A DNA stretch of 60,018 nucleotides, the filler included, from Gonapodya sp. JEL0774 (lineage: Eukaryota), in the NCBI GenBank assembly GCA_027604505.1. It is 12 parts of 12 records of this genome, joined end to end, with 100 filler letters (N's around TTAATTAATTAA, not from the genome) between each part and the next. Parts side by side here need not be neighbours in the genome. Positions count along the whole stretch, not along the records: positions 1 to 4,927 come from JADIIX010000823.1; positions 5,028 to 9,953 come from JADIIX010000824.1; 10 more parts are not named here. One strand, given 5' to 3'. This document shows, piece by piece, positions 1-10,053 of the stretch. The notes under the pieces are model-generated. The model had not been told where the DNA came from and did no database searches. It saw only the letters and a program-made list of their open reading frames with translations. Positions within the stretch are counted from its first letter, which is position 1, and each line of letters opens with the position of its first letter. The position numbers and the translations under genes were made by a program.

Positions 1-326
1 CCTCCCACCCCCCCACTGCTTCCCCCTCCTCCTCCACTCATCTGCCCTGCCATTCCACTCCCCACTCCGTACACCGGCCCAACACCCGGTCCCCCCGTCA
101 CTCGTCCTTGCTGCCCCAGCTGGCCATGCTGCCCCTGCTGTCCCTGCGACTGCGACTGCGACTGTGACTGCGACTGCGACTGTGGTTGAGATTGAGATTG
201 AGTAGATTGCGACGCCGTTCCCGTCATTCCCTTGGATTGTCCCGATGATCCCACAACGGGGCCGGCCGTCCCGATACTCCCGCCTGCCGACACTCCCGCT
301 CCTGTTCCTGACTGCGCTGGATTCAT
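1..326 (-). CDS. 5' part of an unknown gene with a Gln/Ser/Gly-rich N-terminus; runs off the contig
   Basis: ATG at 326 opens MNPAQSGTGAGVSAGG...QSQSQSQSQSQSQGQQGQHGQLGQQGR..., open to base 1. The (CTGCGA)n run at ~144-182 encodes the QS repeat, and a (CT)n tract lies upstream at ~349-367. Confidence 0.5.
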   Translation of the reverse strand, partial: MNPAQSGTGAGVSAGGSIGTAGPVVGSSGQSKGMTGTASQSTQSQSQPQSQSQSQSQSQSQGQQGQHGQLGQQGRVTGGPGVGPVYGVGSGMAGQMSGGGGGSSGGVG

Positions 327-961
327 TTGTGTACAACGGCCACCTCCTGCTCTCTCTCTCTCTCTCTGTCTCTGCTGTGTGTGTTTGCGTTGTCGATTCA
401 GGGGCGGTGAGGAGTCGGGTGAGGAGGCGATTGGCTGTGGTCAACCTTATTCTCTGTGGTCCCCCAATGGAAAAAAGATTGTGCACGGTGCAGGCAATTC
501 TACGTAGGCGACACTCCGCAGACACGCTAGACGAAACACATAAAGAGTTCCGCGTTCATCTTATCGGGTCCAAAGTATGTGTTGGAATCGTTTGTTCCAT
601 GTCGGGGTGACATCACGTACACGGTCAGTCCAGAGGGAAAAGAGGTGCTTTTTGAGGGCTGCTTCATCACACAACTGAACGTGCATCGATTATTATTCGA
701 AAACAAAACATTGACTACAAAAACCAACTGATCAAGGCGGGCGCGCATTTCCACCTCGCTAATGTAATGACCGACTCTCTTCTCCTCCTCCAACGCCGCC
801 GCTGCCGACGTGCATCTTCCGAGTCCCGCACGTCGATCCACAGCCACCGAGGCCCCGCACCATCACAATACTGACACTTTCCATCGTCCTTCTGGCATAC
901 GCTCTTCCCGTACGCCAAAATCACACCACACATCCCCCGCACTCGCGTCTCGCCCGTCAGA

Positions 962-1495
962 TCACTTTGATGGAGGAGAGCCTGCAGTTGAAGCTGACGA
1001 GACGCACATGCTGCATCTGCCAAAGTAGTCCTTGTCGATACATCGGAGGTTTCCGGTGCCTTGGGCAAGGATGTCGGCGCACTTGTTGCAGTAAGGGGGG
1101 TAAGGTTCCGAATCACACCCGCCGTCGTCTTCAGGCAAAAGGACGTGCGAAACCGTTCCCGGGGTGGTCGTGGTCCGGGGTGGTGGCGGAGGGAACCGCT
1201 GGGTTGCTGGTTGTGGTGTTGTGGGCTCCACGGGAGCCGACAGTTGCCCTATCAGCTGTTCATCGCGCGGACTGCTGCGATAATCACACGGCGGACCTCC
1301 GCACAAATTCTCCGGGACACACTGGTCGCCGGCCAAGGGTGTGTGGACGAGACACTCGGGACATCGTGCGTAACCCGTTTGGCACGGAAGGGGAGCAGCC
1401 GTGGGCTGCGGCAAGGCCGAGACCAGGGTGCCCAGCAGGGCGGCTAGGAGGAGGCAGAGAAAGATGGGTGAGATGGCGGCGGTGGTGCGGGCCAT
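962..1495 (-). CDS. Small secreted Cys-rich protein, copy 1 (3' end uncertain)
   Basis: Signal-peptide-like MARTTAAISPIFLCLLLAALLGTLVSA, a 6-Cys N-domain, a Pro/Thr linker and a 6-Cys C-domain nearly identical to the paralog at 2626-3159. Confidence 0.8.
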   Translation of the reverse strand: MARTTAAISPIFLCLLLAALLGTLVSALPQPTAAPLPCQTGYARCPECLVHTPLAGDQCVPENLCGGPPCDYRSSPRDEQLIGQLSAPVEPTTPQPATQRFPPPPPRTTTTPGTVSHVLLPEDDGGCDSEPYPPYCNKCADILAQGTGNLRCIDKDYFGRCSMCVSSASTAGSPPSK

Positions 1496-1559
1496 TGGAG
1501 AGCTTTGCCAGGATGGGTGGGCCTTGTGCCGTCCAAGCAAGGCCGGGTTTATGTGTGAT

Positions 1560-1660
1560 CTAATATGTTGAGCACTCCCGCCCCCCGCTTTATTATATAT
1601 TGCGTCCCACCCCCGCTACTTGCCTGCAGAATCCTACTTCCCCCCACCATCCAAGTCTAA
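1560..1660 (-). promoter_or_regulatory. Promoter with TATA-like box, conserved between the two secreted-protein paralogs
   Basis: ctaatatgtt..agcactcccgcccc..ttatatatt..cgtccc..atcctacttcccc..caccatccaagt is shared with 3226-3307. It reads ATATATAA on the minus strand about 100 nt upstream of each ATG. Confidence 0.65.
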
Positions 1661-2625
1661 AATTTGCATCCAACAAAATTCAAATTCTCCCCCTAAACTC
1701 CTACGAAACCCGCCCTCCTGCTCGCAATTTCAACTGGGAAGGACGTCTGGGAGCACCTTCATCAGGAGACGGAGATCCGCGAGTTCCTCTGTCCGTAGAA
1801 ATTCTTGTCAATGCATCGCAGTGATCCACCTTGCGCCAGCATCTCTGTACATTTGTCGCTCGCGAGATGAAGGGTGGGGTTCCCCCTCACACCTGCCGTC
1901 ATCTTCTCGTGGGACTCCCCCCTGCAGAGAGGGCCAAGACACCACGGTGAGTCGAGAGGGAATAGGTGCCAGCAAACGTGATTGCGATCAGTTTCGAAAT
2001 GAAAATTTTCCTCTCCGAATGAAGTCTACGTCCCTCACATATTGGACTGGAGTCACGACGAACGTAGTACATACGTGCCTTTGCAGTACACTGGGGCCAT
2101 CAACAGGGAAACTCTTCTTCATGCTTCTTACCGAAGTCGTCGAGAGAGACCCATGCGGGCAGGCGATGAAAATCAGATTGACCAGTTGGTCCATCTAGTC
2201 CCGTTTCTAGTATCTGGAAGAGCAAAAAGATGAAGACGAAACGTACCGGTTTGCGAGATACGTCAATACGCCAACGTTGTCGCCTACCCGCCTGATGCAA
2301 CAAGAAGGACCAGTCAGTGGACGTCGGAGATTCATTTGAAGGCTCGTTCGCGGACCTGAATGTCAGTCATTATTCGAAAACCAAACATTGATTACAAAAG
2401 GACTCCATGCGCGTTTCCACCTTGCTTAATTACATCGAGGACGGAACTGTCATCTCCCGTCACCCGCACCCATCCCTCGATCTACCGAGGCCCCGCACCA
2501 TCACAATACTGACACTGTCCACCCTCTTTCTGACGCACGCTCCTCCCGTACGCCAAGATCACCCCACACACGCCCGCACTCACGTCCCGCTCATCCGATC
2601 ACTTTGACAGAGGAGGGACCGCAGC

Positions 2626-3159
2626 CTAAGCTGACGAGACGCACATGCTGCATCGACCAAAATAGTCCTTGTCGATGCATCTGAGGTTTCCAGTACCTTG
2701 GGCAAGGATGTCGGCGCACTTGTCACAGTAAGGGGGGTAAGGTTCCGAATCACACCCGCCGTCGTCTTCAGGCAAGAGGACGTGCGAAACCGTTCCCGGG
2801 GTGGTCGTGGTCAGGGATGGTGGCGGTGTGGACTCCAGGGATGGTGGCGGTGTGGAATCCGGGGGTGGTGGCAGCGGGGACTCAGGGGAATATGGTTGTG
2901 TCTCGTCGGGTCCATCGCTGGGTGACAGCGGTACGCTATAATCACACGGATCATAGCAATACTTCTTCGGCACACAAAGAAGAAGTTCGGTGACGTAGCG
3001 AAAGTTCGAGTTCGGCTTGTGGATTTTACACGGAGGGCACGCCGTCTCATACTTGCTCCGGCACTTAGGTGCAGCAACTGCCGTGACGAGGGTGACCAGC
3101 AGGGCTACCAGGAGGAGCCAGAGAAGGATGGGGTAGGTGGCGGTGGTGGTGCGGGGCAT
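2626..3159 (-). CDS. Small secreted Cys-rich protein, copy 2 (3' end uncertain)
   Basis: Signal peptide MPRTTTATYPILLWLLLVALLVTLVTA, a Cys domain, PPP(D/S)STPPPSL linker repeats, and the shared C-domain TTTTPGTVSHVLLPEDDGGCDSEPYPPYC...CSMC. Confidence 0.8.
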   Translation of the reverse strand: MPRTTTATYPILLWLLLVALLVTLVTAVAAPKCRSKYETACPPCKIHKPNSNFRYVTELLLCVPKKYCYDPCDYSVPLSPSDGPDETQPYSPESPLPPPPDSTPPPSLESTPPPSLTTTTPGTVSHVLLPEDDGGCDSEPYPPYCDKCADILAQGTGNLRCIDKDYFGRCSMCVSSA

Positions 3160-3948
3160 TTGGAGAGGTTTGCGAAATAGTGAGTGAGGGTCTCGCTTGT
3201 CCAGGAGACTGGGTTTGCGTGTGGTCTAATATGTTTAGCACTCCCGCCCCACATTATATATTACGTCCCTGCCCTCTCCGTATCCTACTTCCCCGCACCA
3301 TCCAAGTACTCACATTGCTGCCATGAACTAATGCAAAATTATTTCTGTTCTGTAAAGTTGCCTACTTTTTGTCCGTCTTTGGAATCTCCCCGACTCCCGA
3401 CACAGTGCATAAATAAATTTCACGGCGATGGGACACCCCCTGTTCGCCCTTTCTTCCATTTACACAATAATGTCCATGATGATAAGGATATGGGGTTCGA
3501 GGATGAAGGTTCGGCGTGCCATAAGAAGGTTCATCCATTGGTGAATCCTCGAAAAGCGAGCCGAAAGTGCACCCGTACCCGCGCGCCGTTATGTAGTGAG
3601 ACAGCAATATTTCCTGGCAGTATGTAGAGTGCGGTGTCGCCCTTCCCAATCAGCGGTGACTTGAAGGGCGTCCAAGGATGGTACATGTATATAAATATTC
3701 TGGTGGTAAAATGAAACACGCCACGAATACATGTTTCTTCACACGTGCCATTCTCCCAGTCTCGAATAAATCTCGTGGCTCCATCTCATCTCCGCCGGTG
3801 TTGGAAATGTTGGTCGTTTATCCCTTTCGGATCTTGCGAGCCGACACAGCACTTGGACTCGGAACCCATTCCCCCCTGGTATTCCACGATTCAAGAACTC
3901 CACCATCCTTCCATCCCATTCACAGACTTAATCTCGCTCTCGCAGAAT

Positions 3949-4927
3949 ATGTCTCAAGACCTCCAAGCTGCGTACGAGGCCCGGCTCAAACCCACCGACC
4001 CCGCGACCGGTCGCCGGCGGGCCATTCTCATCACTGGTGAACATTCATTTGTCTGTCGGAGGCGATTCACACCGACGAAGCTAATCGTCACTCGAATCCT
4101 CATCCATCATCGTTCTACCTTTCCGTTGCTCTCCCACCCCTTCGGCCCCCGCACCCCACACACTCTCTAGGCGCCGCCTCCGGCATGGGCCTCGAAACCG
4201 CCCGCCTCTTCAGCCGCGCCGGCTGGTTCGTCGTGGCCATCGACGTGAACCAAGACTCCACCCACGACCCCACCACAGGCCGCACCCGCCCTGGCCTGTC
4301 CTCCCTGTCCACCGAACTGGGCGGCCCTTCCAACGTCCACACGGCCCTGCTCTCCGTCTCGGACAAACCCGCCTTCGACTCGCTCGTCGACCAGCTGGAG
4401 ACCATCTTGCCCGCCGTGACCAACCACCACGAGGCGGTGTTGGACGTGGTGTTTGCCAACGCGGGGATAGGCAGGGGGGGTATGTGGTCGGACCAGCCCT
4501 GGCAGCAGCATTTGGACGTGGTCAACGTCAACTTTGTGGGAGTGATGGTCACGATTTATTGCTCGTTGAGGTTGGTCAAGAGGTGTCCTGGCGGACTGGT
4601 GTTTTCGACGAGTTCGGCCAGCGCGATGGTAGGTAAGGGGGGTGATGGGGGATTGTGCGTCGGGCCAGGGGTATAAGTCGGGGCCAGTGGGGTGTTCGGA
4701 ATGAGGAGTGGGCAGTTGGGACTGGTGTTGACACATTGGGCCGTAGCATGTCATTATTGGCGTGTGGAGATCGTGCGAAAATCTATCCGTCCATATCCAT
4801 CCACTCACCCTGCCCCACCCCTCATCCCACAACCGTCCCGGTCGTCCCAGTACGGCATGCCCGGCATCGCCACCTACTCCGCCACCAAACACGCCGTCAA
4901 AGGCCTCACCGAATCCCTCTCCGTCGA
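3949..4927 (+). CDS. Classical short-chain dehydrogenase/reductase, 3'-truncated
   Basis: Exons 3949-4036, 4171-4628 and 4851-end, with GT-AG introns. Motifs TGAASGMG, ANAG, SSAS and YSATK are present. Confidence 0.95.
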
Positions 4928-5027
4928 NNNNNNNNNNNNNNNNNNNNNNNNNNNNNNNNNNNNNNNNNNNNTTAATTAATTAANNNNNNNNNNNNNNNNN
5001 NNNNNNNNNNNNNNNNNNNNNNNNNNN
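4928..5027. other. Artificial contig spacer N44-TTAATTAATTAA-N44 (first of 11)
   Basis: An identical 100-nt spacer with stops in all six frames also lies at 9954-10053, 14974-15073, 19994-20093, 25008-25107, 30021-30120, 35031-35130, 40036-40135, 45040-45139, 50039-50138 and 55032-55131. Contig lengths never increase, and genes are cut at the spacers. Confidence 0.98.
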
Positions 5028-5545
5028 GGATTCGGAGTCGGTGCTAGATTTATCGGCGGCGGCGAAACAGCTCTCGCAGGCGACGGCAAAGGCGAGTTCA
5101 TTGGCGATGGATTTGTACCCGGCTGCGCTATCGAGGACGGTGTTCGCACAAGAATTGCGTCTGGAATCAGCGACAAAAGGGATCCCAAGGTCGACGTAGT
5201 GCGAGAGTGCGCCTTGTGCGTGTGCGGGGTGTGGATGTCCCGAGGTGGCAGGTTGACCGTTGGAAGTCCAGAAGCGACACACACTCCGCAACCGTCGGGA
5301 TACCAGAGAGCAGGCGCCGGTGAATATGTCAGATACGGCGATTGCGGTGGCGACTGCGGCGACACCAAAGTTCCCATATTTGCGGTATTTCCTACAGTTC
5401 CCGTTTCCTGTTCTGGCTCCTCTTGTTCCGCAAGTTGTATCGCCAACTGCATGTGCACTGAAGCAACCGGCGAAGGCGAGCGACGTCGCATCGACGATGA
5501 CTGCGCTGCTGCAGGTGATTGCGATGGTAAGTCGGTGGTCGCCAT
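5028..5545 (-). CDS. 5' part of an unknown Ser/Pro-rich protein, truncated by the contig end
   Basis: MATTDLPSQSPAAAQSSSMRRRSPSP... is open to the contig edge and SP-rich; no domain recognised. Confidence 0.55.
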
Positions 5546-8500
5546 CGCAAAACGTGATTCCGTTTGCGGCAGTTTGCTCGGATAGAGTGGAGGCAAAACT
5601 GAAATTTGCCGTTGAACCTCCCCTTTACCATGAAAATATATGAGGGCAAGCCGCGACACCGCCGCGTAAGGTATCATAATTGCTGATTTCCCGTTCTTGA
5701 TACCTTGCTCGAGAACGGTTTCTTGGTGGTTCACTTCTCGTGCTCTCGCGAAGGACGAGTACGAATTAGTTCATGATTACGCTTCAAACACCACAAAGCG
5801 CCCTTTCACTCCCCACACTTCACCAGACTCATGAAGCGTGCACTTAACGAGGACGGAGCAATATGTTGATGACTGAACCGCACCGAATTCTAATAATCAC
5901 ACCTCCACGTACGTGCTGCGCGCGAGCCGGTTCCTCACCACTGAATATTGTTGTCACACGCACTGTAACTCTTACTGCTTATGTTACGTCCTGGCAGTAA
6001 ACAACAGACGCCACCTATGAGCTTGAGATCTGATCACCCAAAGATCATTATTCTGCCGACAGAACACGCTCTGCGATTAATCGTGATTTCATACACTTAT
6101 CTTCCTGCCAGTTACGGGAAGAGTCAGAGCCTTCTAAACCGAATGGAGAGAGTGTCAGCTAACAAGCTCGCTTTACACAATGACTTGAACGTCAACAGGC
6201 GATCTCCTCTTTCTCGCAACTTTTCGATTGAAGCACTCAACTGAGGTCGATCGCAACTAGCGTTTCAAGCAAAGCTTTGGCGCAAAGGTGTGGGGAGGGG
6301 GAGGGTAGGACAGCAGCCCTGTGCAGGCTGAGTCACGACGTCCATGCATATATGTGGGACAGAGCATGTTCACGGCTCGTTTTGTTGAGTGCGCGTCACT
6401 ATCGAGCAAAAGCGAAACGAAAACTTCTGAAAGTTTCCGCCTTCATGGGTTCCATCTGGGTGTTGATGGTGAGTGATCGGAGAAGTGCACAAGGCAACAC
6501 CAAACTTTAAAAATTCGGAAGACGAGTTTACTTGCAATTGGAAATGATCCACTGTGAATGGGGCAGCTGATAATGTGACACCTCAATAGATCATGCTTCC
6601 CGTCCTCTGATTGTATACATGTAAGGTCGTCACCGGCCATGGTGATATGAGCACAACTTCGTTCCTCAGTGCATCACATATTTGGACTGATCCTATACAA
6701 AACTCTGCTAACTTTGTGAGGAGAAACGAGGCGAGGGTTTCACCAAACAAGGTTCAAAATGGCAAGGCGATGATCTGCCGAGGACCACGAAGCTTGCAAG
6801 AAGATCCAGACACATGCATTTCGAAAACTACACAGGGGGAGTACGGAGGTCGGCGAGGCCCGGCGATCTTGATACAATGCGACGGCCAACGTAACAACGT
6901 TGGAGAATCTGAAATGTGAGTGGAGGTTGGCAAACTGTACCCATGATCCACTCCACTCACGACTCCACAGATGACAGAGGGTGAATGTAAGTGGTAAAAT
7001 TCGCTAACTTACATTTGCATTGGCGCGTCCCATGTTTGCAAATTGTGAGGACCGCGCAATTTACGAAATGAATGCACGTGCTTGATAGGTGCCAAAAGGG
7101 ATCGTGCACCAACTCAACAGGAGGCGAATGGCTGACGATCCAAGCTCCAGGGCTCTGAGACAAAGGGAGCAGACGAAACGGGGTTGTACGCGAGGTGCTC
7201 CTAGCAGTGGTGCCAACTCAGCGCACACAAAATGGGAGACGAGACAATCACTCGATCTGGAAAGTCCTCTTCATAAGTATGTGACAAGTCGACAGATCCC
7301 TAAGCTCAAAGGCTGTCTCCGACGCTATTCCTTGAGTGGTTTGCCTCTCGAATAATTATGGGATGGACGTGACGAACTGTCGTTGAGCTGCAAGTGAAAG
7401 ACTGACGTGCTGCTCCCCCGCCATTTGACTGATCATGGGGACCATGGCAGGTCCAAAAGATACCACGTAGCTTAGGAAAATCCGTCACACAATTCGAATC
7501 CAGAGCACTGAAAAGATGGTGAACAGGGAAACGTTGACAATAATGGGAGAGCCGCAGTGCTCTTAATTGCGAGTTCATCGCAACGCTGTGGGTGACCCAA
7601 ACTCAAAAGTCAAACTGACCCAGTTTAAACTATAGCAGAGCGCGATGTCCAAGAGGACAGCAATCCACAGAGAGTGGGGCAGCTGGAAATGAGACTTCAT
7701 CAAAATGATTCTCGATGACTGCACCGGGAGCACTCTTCTGGCACACGTGCAGACGCGAGACAAAAGATAAAATGTGTCATATATAGGAAGTCCGGACGGA
7801 ATACGCGCAGTGACGATTGGGATACAGAGAGCAACAAGTGATGCCACGCATTTGACAGAGAAGCGAAGAAGGCTTCGCCCGTAATCCTTCTGCCAAAGAA
7901 ACAGTGAACATCCAAAAGGAATCCAAAACTTCGCAGCTGTCAACCGTGGGGTGGGTATGCTCAACGGTCGAAAGCCAAGGTGTTGCGGACTTGGTGGTGG
8001 TACGGTCACTGATCACCTATTGGCCGCCCCAAAAGTCAACCCTTGACGGGAAAGCCAACAGCAGCCACTACATTGAAAAATCGAACACAGCAAACAATAG
8101 GTTTATTAGAAAGTTGAATGTTGGGAAATCAAGAGCCCTTCATGTCTTCAGACGCGGGTACCGCATCGCCCGGAGGACTCTGGCGATTGCAGCCAGTGCA
8201 TCAAGATTCCAGCATTGGAACAGCGTAAAAAATAAGAATGCTCGCAATCGCAAGACTCAAAAATTAGATTCTCGGCGTTGTTCCCTGGCATTTTTTTGGC
8301 TTGAGCTCAGCCTCCTCCGGCTTAGTGTGGCACAGCGCACTCGCCAATTCTGGCCAGGTTTCGAAACATATATCAGCCATCCACACCGTTCCACTCCCCA
8401 CGTTCAGCACCTTCATTCGTATCTTTCCCAGAGTCGGAAAGATCTTCCCAAACTAGGTGCGTTCTTTGCAACCCAAAATGCGACGATGGCAGCGCGGAAT

Positions 8501-8717
8501 TCTGATTGCATTTTGTTCCTTTTCTGTGGTTGCATCCTCGTGCTCGCGTCGTCGTATTCCTCACACGCCCTCTCCCCGCGCATGCTCCGCGTGTCCGCCT
8601 TGCATCACAGTCCTCCCCTACGAGTTTGGCGTACAGCGGTCCCGGAGGCCCTTCCCCTTACAAGGCCTCCCCTTGCCGCACTTCGCTAGCTCACCAAAGC
8701 TAGTCACTCGATTTCAG

Positions 8718-9953
8718 CCTCGACAAACACAACTTCTTCTTTCAATTCCGACAATGTTCGGCCTACCAAGCAACCAGATCGATTTTACTCTGATGTCTTC
8801 TCGTACTCACAAGAAGTACAGGCAGCGCTCCACACCGCCTGCGGGCGGGTCGGCGGACTGCCGACGAACTGCGCTGGCTTACTCGGCGACGCAGCGACAT
8901 CCAACGGCCAAGACGGCTTCGGACAGGCTAGCACCCTTGTCGACTTAGACCTCAATTCGTTTGAAGGCGTTGAGTGGGACTTCAATGGTGAGTGCGCGCA
9001 CTCAAGCATCACGGTTCATAGAACATGCATCTCACTGTTGCACCACTCGAACTACTTCAATTACAGTCCCGCTCGACTCCACCAACGATCTGTTCAACGC
9101 CATTTTCTCCGGCTCCGACATCTCTTCCACCGGTACTACTGCGGCTCTCGACAATGTCGTAGCTTCCGCACCCGAATTCGTTTCTCTCGTCGACCTCGCC
9201 GCCTTCACAGCGACCGACGAGGACACCACGCTCTTCTTCAATGACAAGTCGGTCGAGCAGCTCCTCGACGATCTCGTCCTGTTCCAGACCAACACTGCCA
9301 CTGAACAGGCCGTCGAGTTTGCAGCAGCTCCCGCACCTTTTGCCGACCAGGCCGCTTTTGCTCAAACAGCCGGCGAGGTCGAGGTCGCTCTGCCCGTGAC
9401 CCAGTGCGACTCTTCCAATTTCCAACTCAATTTGGACTCTCTCTCCACTACCGACTTGGCCGCCCTCGTCGCCGTCGCCCAAACGAACCCTCAGTTGGTC
9501 GCGGAACTCGTCAAGGGAATGGGACTCTCGCTCGACACGCCGTCTGCAACGAACTGTTCCACCAACCTCGACTTTGACCTCGACTTCAACCTCGGTCTCG
9601 ACATGGCGTCGTTCAACGCCATGGACCTGGACCTCGACACAGCCATGTCCCCGTCCAACGCATCGCTCCGCTCCCTGTCCCCGGAGCTCACCTGCGCGGG
9701 AGCGGTCGCGGCCTCTTCTCCCACTTCGGTGACTGCAAAGACACCGTCGCGGGCGAACAAGGCCAAGGCACCCCCGGCAGGAGGGCCGGCGAGGCCGTAT
9801 GCGTGCACGGTGAGGATTGTTTGATGCGTTTGTTCTCTTATCGTTGTACTCTCTTCCGTGGTCGCTCATTTCGCCTTTGTTTCCCTCCATCCAGCTCTGC
9901 GAATGGACCTTCCTCCGCAAACACAACCTCGTGAACCACATGCGTATCCACAC
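8718..9953 (+). CDS. C2H2 zinc-finger transcription factor with an acidic/aromatic activation-like region; start codon unresolved, 3'-truncated
   Basis: Introns 8988-9066 and 9810-9894. The spliced finger reads RPYACT|LCEWTFLRKHNLVNHMRIH, preceded by a long D/F/L-rich region. Confidence 0.85.
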
Positions 9954-10053
9954 NNNNNNNNNNNNNNNNNNNNNNNNNNNNNNNNNNNNNNNNNNNNTTA
10001 ATTAATTAANNNNNNNNNNNNNNNNNNNNNNNNNNNNNNNNNNNNNNNNNNNN

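Noticed and set aside
3496..3606. Hairpin ttcgaggat...atcctcgaa followed by an ACA, a possible H/ACA snoRNA
   Set aside because: No proper ANANNA hinge and no convincing second hairpin.
5550..8450. Long region between divergent genes with several short ORFs, including 7904-8689
   Set aside because: No domain or coding-like signal; most likely an extended promoter or leader of the transcription factor.
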